From: a virus
Lineage: Duplodnaviria; Caudoviricetes
Strand: one strand, 5' to 3'
IMG/VR virus record: IMGVR_UViG_3300013383_000025
Coordinates: 1 to 64,000 of that record
Length of the DNA: 64,000 nt
In this document: positions 47,477 through 57,555 of the stretch, in pieces
How positions within the stretch are numbered: the stretch's first letter is position 1
Layout of the letters: each line of letters opens with the position of its first letter
The notes under the pieces: generated by a model
What the model saw: only the letters and a program-made list of their open reading frames with translations
Database searches by the model: none
What the model was told of the DNA's origin: nothing
Position numbers and translations under genes: made by a program

Positions 47477-48787
47477 TTGTCAGAAAAATTGATTACAATG
47501 AAGGAATACAATGGCTCATCCTATGATGACCTGTACCCTAAAAATATAAGCGGTCAAGTATATTTAGATGCGACGGCTCAAGGCGTGCTCAACCTACCAA
47601 GCGGCAAGACGGTAAATGATGCATTTAGCGCTATGTCCAATGGTGGCGCATTCAATGTAGGTGACATCCTTGTTACTAGTAGGACAGATTTGGACGATAG
47701 GTGGTTGTTGTGTAATGGAGAAACTGTTTCTCCTTATGATTATCCGAATTTGATAAATGCATTACCGGCTTTTAAAACAGGAACGTGGTTTGAAGATGGT
47801 ATTTTTACGACTTCGTCTGAATACAAAGATTCTCATTCTATTGTAAAGCTCGATGAGAAGTGGGGCATATTATCAGCAAATCAACAAACCTCGCCAAGTT
47901 ACGCAACAAATGGCAGAGTGTTTGTTTTGAGCAATTTGAAAAATGGGACAATCGCAGACACCGGATTGGGCGCTAGAGCGTCTGGTGCAGTTGCCGCAGT
48001 TGCTGCCCATGTTAATGATGGCAAATCGATGTGCGGTATGGTGTATGCTTTTACGGACTTATTAACAAATCCAACGAGCAGCCAGATGTCTGCTTCTAAC
48101 GGATATTTTATTTATAATTCGAATGATGGATATTATTATAACTATTCGAGAAATGATTCATCCCCGTTCAATACAATCGTCAAACGGAATAATTTGACGA
48201 GTAGCGCTACAACATCAATAATAGAAGAATCTGGAAGCATTACATCTATAGGATTGCGACAGTTTATAAATGGGCATATGATTGGTGTTGGTGATGGTGG
48301 TAGTGGTGCTAACATTCATTTTATTCCGATTCTTGTAAATGAAAGTGGTGCTGGGACAAGATTAAATTATAACACTCCAACCGGTACTATGTCGAACACG
48401 CCACCCATTCCTACAATTCAGTATCTTAATGGATATTATTACGGATTTGGAGATACGACTATATATAGAACGCAATCTTTAACAGGTAATAACTGGCAAT
48501 CATGGAAAACAATGCCTGATGGTATTAACTCTGGACTAAGTTATATGGGCGACAATTGTATTTTACTAACAAGCGGATATACAATTACAGCAGATGAACA
48601 ATTGATTGAATGGAGTGATAAACCGTCTTTTACAAATCCTATATATATTGATGAAGTAAATAATCAATATATATCTCAGATCGGTACGTCAAATATGTAT
48701 ATATATACCCCCATTTCTAATTTTATTAAAATCCCAACATGGACTCCCGCCGATGGCTTATACGCCTATATTAAAGCAAAGAAGTAA
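47477..48787 (+). CDS. Receptor-binding fibre paralog 1 (no poly-G)
   Basis: KEYNG..YD.LYP N-terminus, collar-like VGDI...WLLCNG...YP.L, C-terminal PTWTPA.GLYAYIKAK. Confidence 0.75.
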   Translation: MSEKLITMKEYNGSSYDDLYPKNISGQVYLDATAQGVLNLPSGKTVNDAFSAMSNGGAFNVGDILVTSRTDLDDRWLLCNGETVSPYDYPNLINALPAFKTGTWFEDGIFTTSSEYKDSHSIVKLDEKWGILSANQQTSPSYATNGRVFVLSNLKNGTIADTGLGARASGAVAAVAAHVNDGKSMCGMVYAFTDLLTNPTSSQMSASNGYFIYNSNDGYYYNYSRNDSSPFNTIVKRNNLTSSATTSIIEESGSITSIGLRQFINGHMIGVGDGGSGANIHFIPILVNESGAGTRLNYNTPTGTMSNTPPIPTIQYLNGYYYGFGDTTIYRTQSLTGNNWQSWKTMPDGINSGLSYMGDNCILLTSGYTITADEQLIEWSDKPSFTNPIYIDEVNNQYISQIGTSNMYIYTPISNFIKIPTWTPADGLYAYIKAKK

Positions 48788-48804
48788 AAACAAGGAGGTA
48801 AATT

Positions 48805-49017
48805 ATGGTAATAACTAGACCTCAGTTGCCAGCTAGAGCTGGATATGTAGAAATCATTAATGAGAATGGCGAACACGTATACAAGCCAACTCAAGAGACT
48901 ATTGATAGACAGAATCAAGAAAATCTCATCCTTGAGTTGCAGAATAGGCTGGTAGAAGCAAATTCTGTAATCGATGCGATGATTGGCGTTAAGGAACAGG
49001 AGGTGGCGACTGAATGA
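48805..49017 (+). CDS. Small fibre chaperone-like protein
   Basis: AAGGAGG RBS; short coiled coil. Confidence 0.65.
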   Translation: MVITRPQLPARAGYVEIINENGEHVYKPTQETIDRQNQENLILELQNRLVEANSVIDAMIGVKEQEVATE

Positions 49018-49664
49018 TTGACAGAATAGCACAAGCCCAGCAATTTAGAAAAGCGGTACAATATTTCACGGCTACATTACCTGAAGAAAAGGCGCTAGTT
49101 GTATCTAGCGTATTTGATGCATGGGCGGCCAATGTCAAATATATCACAGGCGAATGGGTGTCATACGGTGTCAATGCTGTAGGTGACCCACAGCTATATC
49201 AGGTGCTACAAGACCATACTAGCCAAGAGCAATACACGCCAGATACGGCTACGAGCTTATATAAAGCGGTTGGCATTGACCCAAGTGGTATTCCTACTTG
49301 GGTTCAGCCACTAGGCGCAACAGATGCTTATAAGCTAGGTGATATCGTCATGCATAATGACAAGAAATGGAAGAGTGTAGTTGACGCTAACGTGTGGGAG
49401 CCGGGCGTATATGGCTGGGAAGAAGTAACAGAGGATAGTGGTGAAACAGACCCTGTTGAACCTACTGAACCAACAGAGCCAGACGAACCAGATACGCCGA
49501 GCGAGGATACAATCCCTGACTTCGTTCAACCTACAGACGCAACCAATGCATACAACAAGGGCGATAAGGTAAAATATAACGGTAAGGTATATGAGAGTCT
49601 GATGGATGGAAATGCGTATAGCCCAGACGCATATCTTGCCGGTTGGAAAGAAATTACGGAATAA
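49014..49664 (+). CDS. CBM5/12 (ChiC-like) carbohydrate-binding protein
   Basis: WVQP.GA.DAY..GD.V..N.K.W.S..D.NVWEPGVYGW, repeated. Confidence 0.8.
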   Translation: MIDRIAQAQQFRKAVQYFTATLPEEKALVVSSVFDAWAANVKYITGEWVSYGVNAVGDPQLYQVLQDHTSQEQYTPDTATSLYKAVGIDPSGIPTWVQPLGATDAYKLGDIVMHNDKKWKSVVDANVWEPGVYGWEEVTEDSGETDPVEPTEPTEPDEPDTPSEDTIPDFVQPTDATNAYNKGDKVKYNGKVYESLMDGNAYSPDAYLAGWKEITE

Positions 49665-49689
49665 CAATGGAAATTAGGAGGAATATATA

Positions 49690-50019
49690 ATGAGTGCAGA
49701 ACAAATTGTTAGTCTAGTGGTAGCGCTACTTGCCGGTCTGGCAACCTGTATCCCGCTTGTTCTCAAGTTGGTACAGTATGTAAAAAAGGCGACTCAAGAA
49801 AAGAACTGGGCTGGACTACTCGACCTAGTTATGAAGCTAATGGAACAGGCCGAAAAGAAATTCGCTGATGGCGCGACCCGTAAAGAGTGGGTTATGGCTA
49901 TGGTGCAGACAAGCGCAGAATACGTGCAGTATCCAATGGACGTGACAGCTCTTAGCGATATGATTGACCAACTGACCAACCTGACTAAGAATGTCAACGC
50001 CAAGAAGGAGAGCAAGTAA
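49690..50019 (+). CDS. Holin
   Basis: N-terminal TM helix, AEKKF..G..RKEWV motif; coupled to the lysin. Confidence 0.75.
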   Translation: MSAEQIVSLVVALLAGLATCIPLVLKLVQYVKKATQEKNWAGLLDLVMKLMEQAEKKFADGATRKEWVMAMVQTSAEYVQYPMDVTALSDMIDQLTNLTKNVNAKKESK

Positions 50020-50687
50020 TGGCTGTATATATTGGTCAGGCCAGTATTGACGAAAACGGTAATATCAAGAACGGTCAAGCTGGCAATCAATCGGGGCGTG
50101 AACTAAACAAATCGGGCTGGTATAGCAATGGCTGGACATTACTGATTAGAGCTAAAGACCCAAAGACGGCTGAAAAGATGGCTGAGGCGTGTGAGGCTGG
50201 TGTAGCTAACAGAAATATTGGCTACGACCAGTGGCAGAGAAACACGCTTAGAGCTGAAGCAAAAAAGGCTGGTTGGAATCTAGCCGCAATCAAGGCCCCA
50301 TGTGAGACGGACTGTTCGGCGTTTATGGCGGTTTGTGCCGAGGCGGCTGGTGTCAATATGGATATGACATATACGGCTGGTAATGCGCCCGCTACGTTCC
50401 AGATGCGTCAACAGTGGGCTAAAACAGGCAAGTTTGATATGCTGACCGATAAGAAATATCTAACATCGGCTGATTATCTAAGACGTGGTGACGTGCTAGT
50501 CAATGAAAGCCGTCATACTGTAATGGTGCTTAATGATGGTGCTAAAGCCGAGAAGGCCAATCCTGAGCACGAGGCGAATAAGGTCAAAGTAAAGTCGCGT
50601 TTTGGATTTGACGATAAGACAATCGATTGGCTCGACACATATAAATGGAATGAGGCGCTATTTGAGAAATTAGCGACCAAGCCATGA
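50019..50687 (+). CDS. Endolysin (NlpC/P60/CHAP-like Cys-His peptidase)
   Basis: ASIDENG...GYDQ..RNTL...ETDCSAF...RGDVL....HT. Confidence 0.75.
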   Translation: MAVYIGQASIDENGNIKNGQAGNQSGRELNKSGWYSNGWTLLIRAKDPKTAEKMAEACEAGVANRNIGYDQWQRNTLRAEAKKAGWNLAAIKAPCETDCSAFMAVCAEAAGVNMDMTYTAGNAPATFQMRQQWAKTGKFDMLTDKKYLTSADYLRRGDVLVNESRHTVMVLNDGAKAEKANPEHEANKVKVKSRFGFDDKTIDWLDTYKWNEALFEKLATKP

Positions 50688-50941
50688 ACCGACTTAGCTA
50701 TAAGCGAAGATGGGCTAAAGGACAGATGAGTAAAACAATCGTTCTATACTGCATTAGGGCAATCACTCTAATTGCAGTATGGGCGGTTGCCATTAAGACA
50801 TATGCTGTTTTCAAGTGGGGCGCGACCGATATTAGTGATGTGTTGATATTTGCTGCTACAGCATTTGGTGGTGAATTGCTCTTATTGGCATTTAAGCGTG
50901 TCTTTGCTAAAAAGAATGAAGATGTAAACGAATATAGTTAA
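50684..50941 (+). CDS. Two-TM membrane protein (second holin-like)
   Basis: Two hydrophobic helices, FGGELLLLAFKR. Confidence 0.65.
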   Translation: MNRLSYKRRWAKGQMSKTIVLYCIRAITLIAVWAVAIKTYAVFKWGATDISDVLIFAATAFGGELLLLAFKRVFAKKNEDVNEYS

Positions 50942-50955
50942 AAAGGGGTGACATA

Positions 50956-51282
50956 ATGGCAACTAAATTCCCCGGACAAGTTGATACATTCCCAACCATG
51001 CTTGATATCGCAGCTGACGATGCTGAGTTGGTCAAGCAATATCAGGAGGCCATGGAGGCTGGGAGTTACGATGTAGCGCAACAGGTGCTATCACAGATTC
51101 CTAACGGCCAAAGAAAGATTATATCCGCAGGGTTGATGAATGACGTATTAGATGGCTTAACCGCAACAGAACAATATTTTGGTGATAGATATAGTCCGGC
51201 CTATATTGTATCTGAGACACAACCTACATATCAGCAAGCCACGGATTTCTGGTTTCATGTAACAGGTGAGGCTGACATATGA
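50956..51282 (+). CDS. Small tail adaptor protein
   Basis: FPGQVDTF N-terminus; C-terminal SETQP..Q...DFWFHVTGEADI like 43074..43370. Confidence 0.7.
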   Translation: MATKFPGQVDTFPTMLDIAADDAELVKQYQEAMEAGSYDVAQQVLSQIPNGQRKIISAGLMNDVLDGLTATEQYFGDRYSPAYIVSETQPTYQQATDFWFHVTGEADI

Positions 51283-51560
51283 CAAAATACCAAGACCTAC
51301 ATCTAACGGATGTTGACCTGAACACCCAATTCAAACAGTATATGACTAATGGTCAGTATGGGGCGGCGCTGGCCATCCTACAAAATGACCAACTAGCCGA
51401 TAAGACGGTAATTGCGGCATTGTTTAATTATGTGACCAGCCGTATTATACAGGTACAGTCGACATCTGACCCTACATTCAAACAAGATAAAATTCAGGTT
51501 GCCACTACGCCTCCTAGTGGCATGACAAGCGGACAGGTATATTTTCAATTAAAGGAGTAA
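51279..51560 (+). CDS. Small tail adaptor protein
   Basis: C-terminal V.TTPPSG..SGQVYF. Confidence 0.7.
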   Translation: MTKYQDLHLTDVDLNTQFKQYMTNGQYGAALAILQNDQLADKTVIAALFNYVTSRIIQVQSTSDPTFKQDKIQVATTPPSGMTSGQVYFQLKE

Positions 51561-51564
51561 TATA

Positions 51565-52874
51565 ATGTCAGATAAACTAATAACGATGAAAGAATATAAT
51601 GGCAATTCCTATGATGCCTTATATCCTGAAAATACGAGTGGACAGGTCAATCTTGACGCATCTGCCCAAAACATCCTCAACCTCTCTACTGACACTACGC
51701 TGAATGATGCATTCACTGCGTTGACCACGGGGGGGGGTATTCAGTAGGCGACGTATTAGTCACTGCTAGAACTGACCTTGATGATAAGTGGTTGTTGTGC
51801 AATGGGCAAGAATTTGATAGTGCTGAATATCCTGCATTAAATGGCGTACTTGGACAGAGTGTCAGCGTATTAGATAGTTCAAGATGGAGTACAGTGACAT
51901 ATGATGGTGTTTTGGGGAACAGATTGTATTATTGTGGTGGAAGGTTCTATGCTGTTACTAGATTACCTTCGACCGAATATTTAAGTGGCAACTACAAAAA
52001 AGATTCCTATCATGGAGATTCGTGGAGTAGTGTTGTAATCAACAACAGCAACTATTATATATTACATGATATGTGCGATGTAAACGGGGTTGCCTACGCT
52101 GCCATAAGTCAAAACTCCTATTCATCACGAGAAACACCATACCTTTATAAGTTGGATGAAAATAACAATGCGACTATGATTGGAAGCAATATCTCCGTAT
52201 TTGGTATGTGCGAATATAATGGAAAAATATTGATATCAAATAATGGTGTGAGCCTAGTAGACCCTTCGACAGGGGCCGTAACAACCTTTACGTCATCCTC
52301 TTTGGGGAGTGGGGATTGGTTTCATGTTGGCAATATGGTTTATTGTGTAAATAAAGTTCTTGACTTGCAAACCAAAACAATAAGCGCGTTGAGTACGACT
52401 GGTACTGGGAATTCTTTTGGATATTACAACGGTTATTATTATATGTCGAGTTCGCAATCTGTCTACAACCCCCAAACCAAACAAGACGTTATAAACATTC
52501 ATCTTTTACAGTCTAGTGACGGTGTTACATTTACTTCTATATATAACAGAACTATTAGTGGCTCTTTGGGTCAAGATGCGGAAGATCCTCATCTTGTATT
52601 ATTTATTATCGGCGATGAATTATTATTCGATACGAATATTTACAAATTGACCGATACTGGAGCACAGTTAATATCTTCTAGTAACAGTCACGTGTGCAAT
52701 TGCGCGGCTATGAACAATGTAAATGTGTCAAATGAAAAATCTATTGTAATAAACATTAATGAGAGGAACGGTTCTGGTTACTCAACCGTGTATCTATTTA
52801 ATAGAAGTGGAACAAAAACCCCAACATGGACTCCCGCCGGTAGTCTGTACGCCTATATCAAGGCAAAACGATAA
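51565..52874 (+). pseudogene. Receptor-binding fibre paralog 2, frameshifted in a G9 tract (putative phase OFF)
   Basis: ORFs 51565..51747 and 51792..52874 join into one 436-aa paralog of 47477..48787 if G9 at 51729-51737 becomes G10. Confidence 0.85.
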
Positions 52875-52904
52875 AATAACAACTCTAAGGAGGTTGAATA
52901 TAAA

Positions 52905-54317
52905 TTGGCAACTAAGAAAAATTTTACTGTGAAGGAATACAATGGTGCAGATTATGACACTCTGTATCCAGAAACAAATAGCGGACAGGTATTGCTTGAT
53001 AACACCGCCAAGGCAGAGCTAGGGCTTGCGGGGGGGGGGCAGACTCCACCGACTCTTGATGATGCGTTAAGCAAGCTAAATAAATTTGATAATCGCTACG
53101 AGATTGGCGATGTATTGACAACAAGCAGAACCAATCTCAGCGACAAATGGTTACTTTGTAATGGTGCTACATTGGATAATGGTGAGTATCCTGAATTGGG
53201 TGCTCAGTTTTCCGGCGTTGAAATGCATTTTGATAAAGTTAGCAAACAGAGCTTTACTATGAGTGCAAATATAAAACCATTTGACTATAGTGTTGCATCA
53301 AGGAAGCTAGATAATGGAAGCGAAGAGCTTTTAATGTCAATAAAGTATAAGTATGATTATGTATCGTCTTTGTATTATAAAAATTTATCAGTTAGTGGCG
53401 ATTGGGTTTTATTAGGAGATGCAGATACAGTATATTATGCATATTCTATGAATAATAATTTTGTCATTATTCCAATATCAAATGCTGACTTATCTAGCTA
53501 CAAAGCCAAGTATTGTATTGGAAGTCCGACTTCCTTTAGTAGTTTCCAAAATTTACAAATACCGTCTTCTTTACCATCTTATCCACATTGGGCAGATGCC
53601 AAATATTATAACGGAAAGTATTATTTTGGTATACGGAGTGATTCTGGACAGGTGTGGATTTATGATTCGTTATCATCGTCACCAATAGTTGCATCATACG
53701 ATGTTGGAGAGTATGGTACTGGGCATGGATGTTTGGGTATTGCAGATGGAAAAATAACTACAAGTTATACACGATACAGAGGTAGTGATGATTATAGTCT
53801 TGGGTTTGTTGGCATAACTGGTGACGGTGGAACTGTTGAAATATCATCACACTATGGAGCATCGTCATCTTCTTATCAACCATTGCCAACTGCAATTTGG
53901 AAATTTGCTGGGAAATATTATTATGTGGCGTTTGGTTCTAATATTACTTCATCGTATGTGTATCTTACCGTTAATCAAGCAGATTCGCTTTCGGATACCC
54001 CAACACAAATAAAATACATCTCAACAGATTCAACATTAGGCAAAAAAAATAATCCATGGGCAACGTATATGGTGACAGATAATGCAATACTATTGCCAGA
54101 TAAAACATATATAAACTTAAACAATAAATTAAAGAGCTGGGAAAACACCTCTTCTATATCGCAATCGCAGTGTATGTCATTCTCTCAAACCGATTCAGCT
54201 ATTTACGCAATGTGCCCACAATACGAAATCTGGCGCTCAAGCAAGTCAGCTCAATTCAAGCTCCCTAAATACTCTCCTGCGACTGGGCTACGTGCCTACA
54301 TCAAAGCAAAAGATTAA
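52905..54317 (+). CDS. Receptor-binding fibre paralog 3, in-frame G10 tract (putative phase ON)
   Basis: Same N- and C-terminal modules; G10 at 53030-53039 encodes AGGG. Confidence 0.8.
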   Translation: MATKKNFTVKEYNGADYDTLYPETNSGQVLLDNTAKAELGLAGGGQTPPTLDDALSKLNKFDNRYEIGDVLTTSRTNLSDKWLLCNGATLDNGEYPELGAQFSGVEMHFDKVSKQSFTMSANIKPFDYSVASRKLDNGSEELLMSIKYKYDYVSSLYYKNLSVSGDWVLLGDADTVYYAYSMNNNFVIIPISNADLSSYKAKYCIGSPTSFSSFQNLQIPSSLPSYPHWADAKYYNGKYYFGIRSDSGQVWIYDSLSSSPIVASYDVGEYGTGHGCLGIADGKITTSYTRYRGSDDYSLGFVGITGDGGTVEISSHYGASSSSYQPLPTAIWKFAGKYYYVAFGSNITSSYVYLTVNQADSLSDTPTQIKYISTDSTLGKKNNPWATYMVTDNAILLPDKTYINLNNKLKSWENTSSISQSQCMSFSQTDSAIYAMCPQYEIWRSSKSAQFKLPKYSPATGLRAYIKAKD

Positions 54318-54336
54318 ATATAAAGAAAAAATATTC

Positions 54337-54370
54337 AGAGCGCCCTGCAAATTGGGGCGCTCGATTTATT
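54337..54370 (+). terminator. Terminator
   Basis: GAGCGCCCT-GCAAATT-GGGGCGCTC followed by a T-rich tail. Confidence 0.6.
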
Positions 54371-54383
54371 GAGGTGATAATAT

Positions 54384-55688
54384 ATGAAAACAATTAGAGC
54401 AAATGATGGTGGATATCTATTAAATGCAAAACAGTTTAGTTATACGAAAGACGAACAAGGCAGACCTGTGCTAAATGTACAAAGTGTAACTGGTGGCGAC
54501 TTCAAAGCGGATGGCACAGTGCCTATGACCGGCAATCTGTATATGGACGGAAACAGTATCATAGGCGTTAATTCCATTAGTAATACAAATAGCGGTATCG
54601 CCATCGAATCAGAGGTTAGTTTGAACAATCACAAGATTACAGATTTACTCGATCCTACAGAAAATCAAGATGCCGCAACTAAAACTTATGTTGATGGCAA
54701 AGTGCCGACAAAAGTTAGCGAATTAAGCAATGATTCTAAATTTATTGTAGCGGCTGAAGCGCCTGTTCAATCGGTCAATAAAAAGACCGGTTCTGTCAGC
54801 CTAACTGCATCTGACGTTGGGGCGCTACCTTCTACTACTAAGATTCCCACCAAAACCTCCGAGCTTGAGAATGATGCTGGTTTCTTAACGAACTCTGCTG
54901 TTAAATCGGTTAATGGGAAGACAGGCGTTGTGACGTTGGTGGCTGGTGAAATCGGTGCTGTCCCTACCACGAGAACAGTGGCTGGTCATACGCTTTCCGC
55001 AAATGTGACGCTTGTAAAGGGCGACGTTGGACTTGGCAATGTAGATAATACCTCGGATGCTGACAAGCCAGTTTCTACAGCAACTCAAACGGCGCTTGAC
55101 GACAAAGTATCAACGACGCGCAAGGTTAATGGCAAGGCTCTATCGGCTGACATTACTTTAACCGCCACTGATGTTGGCGCGGCAACTAAGGCCTATGTAG
55201 ATGAACATAGCTTGCTTGGGGACAATGGAAAAGTTGATAGTGACTTAGATATGAACGAGCATGGTATTATCAATGCTCATAGAATTAGCACAGACGGGCC
55301 AGCACCACTATATATTGGCTCAACTATTGAGGATTCTGGTACAAACGCACCAAGGTTGACCGGTTCTAATGATGGAACTGCGGCATTCGTCAAGGCTGAT
55401 ACTCAATCAACTTATGTTGCAGTTAGTGTTGGTGCACCAACCGCAACAAACCATGCAACCACCAAAGAATACGTTGATGGAAAAACTGGGGCTGTTCAAG
55501 CTAGTGCGTTGCTTAAATCCGGGGGTACTATGGTAGGAAAATTAAAACTGACCGCTGAGGCAACCGAGGATAATGACGCTGTTAACAAGGCATACGTTGA
55601 CGCTATTTTACCAGCCTTTACCGCCAATGACAATGGTAAAATATTAGGCGTTGTTGACGGCGCTCTTGCATGGGTATCAAAAACATAA
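54384..55688 (+). CDS. Fibre-like structural protein with repeats
   Basis: DAATK.YVD, SVNGKTG and GLGNVDNTSDADKP repeats. Confidence 0.7.
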   Translation: MKTIRANDGGYLLNAKQFSYTKDEQGRPVLNVQSVTGGDFKADGTVPMTGNLYMDGNSIIGVNSISNTNSGIAIESEVSLNNHKITDLLDPTENQDAATKTYVDGKVPTKVSELSNDSKFIVAAEAPVQSVNKKTGSVSLTASDVGALPSTTKIPTKTSELENDAGFLTNSAVKSVNGKTGVVTLVAGEIGAVPTTRTVAGHTLSANVTLVKGDVGLGNVDNTSDADKPVSTATQTALDDKVSTTRKVNGKALSADITLTATDVGAATKAYVDEHSLLGDNGKVDSDLDMNEHGIINAHRISTDGPAPLYIGSTIEDSGTNAPRLTGSNDGTAAFVKADTQSTYVAVSVGAPTATNHATTKEYVDGKTGAVQASALLKSGGTMVGKLKLTAEATEDNDAVNKAYVDAILPAFTANDNGKILGVVDGALAWVSKT

Positions 55689-55708
55689 TAGAGGGTGGAG
55701 GATAGAAT

Positions 55709-56239
55709 ATGGCTAATTTTTGTGGCGGCATCAAACTTGGTGCTACACTCAAACTAATCAATGGGGTGATTTGTGATGCAAATACAACAACTGTTGATAA
55801 ATCTAAGGCAGTTTCTACTTGCGGCCAGCTCTGGGATGGCGCACTATTTACCGTGGCTGCGGTTGGCGGCGCTAAGCTTATTACTCTACACAATAGCGAA
55901 GGCGAGGAAGTTGGTACGCCTGTTGTCGGTAGGGGCAATTGTGGTGTTGGTCTTGATGGACGTTTTTTCAAGGTTGTAAAGGGCACTGTTGAGCTACAGG
56001 ACGGTTTTGTATTGACTGTTGATGTAACACCAAAGGATGCTATCATTACTGTCACCGATGCTGATGGCGAAGAGGTCGACCCTGTTAGCGACAATGCCAA
56101 GCAATTTCTGCTAAGTGGCATTGGCGATACATACACTGTCACGGCCACTAAAACAGGATATACTACTGAAGCTAAACAAGTCAAGAATACTGGCGACCAG
56201 ACATTTAAGATGGTGATGAAAGCGGTTGCTGGCGACTAA
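55709..56239 (+). CDS. Ig-like domain protein
   Basis: LTVDVTPKDA.ITV...YTVTATKTGY. Confidence 0.7.
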   Translation: MANFCGGIKLGATLKLINGVICDANTTTVDKSKAVSTCGQLWDGALFTVAAVGGAKLITLHNSEGEEVGTPVVGRGNCGVGLDGRFFKVVKGTVELQDGFVLTVDVTPKDAIITVTDADGEEVDPVSDNAKQFLLSGIGDTYTVTATKTGYTTEAKQVKNTGDQTFKMVMKAVAGD

Positions 56240-56242
56240 TAT

Positions 56243-56299
56243 AAAAAAATGGGGAACATGGCAGAATAAATATCTGTAATCATGTTCCCCATTTTTTTT
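56243..56299. terminator. Bidirectional terminator between the late and replication arms
   Basis: AAAAAAATGGGGAACATG...CATGTTCCCCATTTTTTT. Confidence 0.85.
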
Positions 56300-56588
56300 A
56301 TTCTATAGTATCTTTGCCCAGAGCATCTGCAACGCCACGTTTATATCCATCATCGTAGCCGTTTGTATAACCACATTCCTTGCCATCTTCTAGTCCATTC
56401 AGATACGCCTCATCACAACTGACAATATCAGTATCTAGGTTTTCATATGCCGCCATTGCTCGATTATGTCTATCGCATAAATCCTCAATCACGGCTTGAA
56501 TAATCGTGTCTCGTTTACGGCATAGATAGATACTGTCGCCATCGACTAATAGCTCGTAGTAGAGTCCGATTGGTCTAAACTTCCACAT
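56298..56588 (-). CDS. Hypothetical protein (GY..GY repeats)
   Basis: GGAGG RBS; GYTNGYDDGYKRG. Confidence 0.7.
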   Translation of the reverse strand: MWKFRPIGLYYELLVDGDSIYLCRKRDTIIQAVIEDLCDRHNRAMAAYENLDTDIVSCDEAYLNGLEDGKECGYTNGYDDGYKRGVADALGKDTIE

Positions 56589-56805
56589 TAAATTCGCCTC
56601 CTTCCATATCATCTATTGCGTCATTGTAGCCTACGTCATAGCCGTCATCATAATTCTCTAGCATCATATATAGCATATTGGTAAATAGGTCACATGATGA
56701 ACGAGCCAAGCCAGACATGGTGGCAATGGGATTATCTGGGTCTTCAGGATAATACAGCTCTACACGGTATCTGCTACCATTGATACATAGTCGCGGTAGA
56801 ATCAT
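56575..56805 (-). CDS. Hypothetical protein
   Basis: YDDGYDVGYNDA; overlaps the HNH stop. Confidence 0.65.
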   Translation of the reverse strand: MILPRLCINGSRYRVELYYPEDPDNPIATMSGLARSSCDLFTNMLYMMLENYDDGYDVGYNDAIDDMEGGEFNVEV

Positions 56806-57428
56806 GTGCCAGTACCCTCCTTCGGCAAGAATCGACCAGTCTTCTCATCTCTTTTGTGTGGCTTTTTAGCGTTATGCAGTCTTATATGGTCGCTTTTAAG
56901 TAAAACTAATAAATTTGACGGATCGTTGTTAAGTCTATTTTCATCGATATGGTGCACGTCGTATTCTTTCTTTAGATACAACGCCCTATTGATTTCGACG
57001 CTATTTTCTTCTGTTAATAAATATTTTTCTGCAACGAGTCTGTGTTCAAATACAAAATTGTCACAATCTCTAAAAGGATGATCTAATACCCGGATTTTCC
57101 TATAACCATAATGAGTAATTTTTTCATCTGTTTTCCAAGTTGGATTTAATTTACCTTTTAAGCCGTACTGATGGTTCCCTTCACCTTTCATCCTTTTGCT
57201 TAAATATTTAAGATAGCATTCTTTCGAGCAAAAGACGTGCTTATAATTTTTTATATCTCGTGGGTTTGCATGAAAATTCTTATTGCACGTTGGACACACA
57301 TAATTTGGCTTTGTTAATGATTTTCTTAATTCAGACTGGCATTGTTTTGAACAGCATATGTGTTTCGCTTTTAATCTTGATGGGTGTATATTAAATTCTT
57401 TACCACACCATTCGCATTTATAAATCAT
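56802..57428 (-). CDS. Free-standing HNH endonuclease with Zn-finger repeats
   Basis: CEWCGK.F...CSKQC x2; FEHRLVAE...VHHIDENRLNNDPSNL. Confidence 0.9.
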   Translation of the reverse strand: MIYKCEWCGKEFNIHPSRLKAKHICCSKQCQSELRKSLTKPNYVCPTCNKNFHANPRDIKNYKHVFCSKECYLKYLSKRMKGEGNHQYGLKGKLNPTWKTDEKITHYGYRKIRVLDHPFRDCDNFVFEHRLVAEKYLLTEENSVEINRALYLKKEYDVHHIDENRLNNDPSNLLVLLKSDHIRLHNAKKPHKRDEKTGRFLPKEGTGT

Positions 57429-57526
57429 AAAATCTCTCCATTTCAAAGATTATATTTGGGTAGGGATGATAGGAAATGGCTATCATCCCTCAGAGCGAAA
57501 ATACGTCTATCCGCGCACCCTATCTA

Positions 57527-57555
57527 ATTATATCATACAATCAGTGATTTGTCAA
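57527..57555 (-). promoter_or_regulatory. Consensus promoter for the HNH gene
   Basis: TTGACA-17-TATAAT with extended TG. Confidence 0.85.

Noticed and set aside
47477-54317. Diversity-generating retroelement or invertase shufflon acting on fibre genes
   Set aside because: No reverse transcriptase or recombinase in the window; paralogs are all in direct orientation, with no adenine-specific TR/VR pair evident
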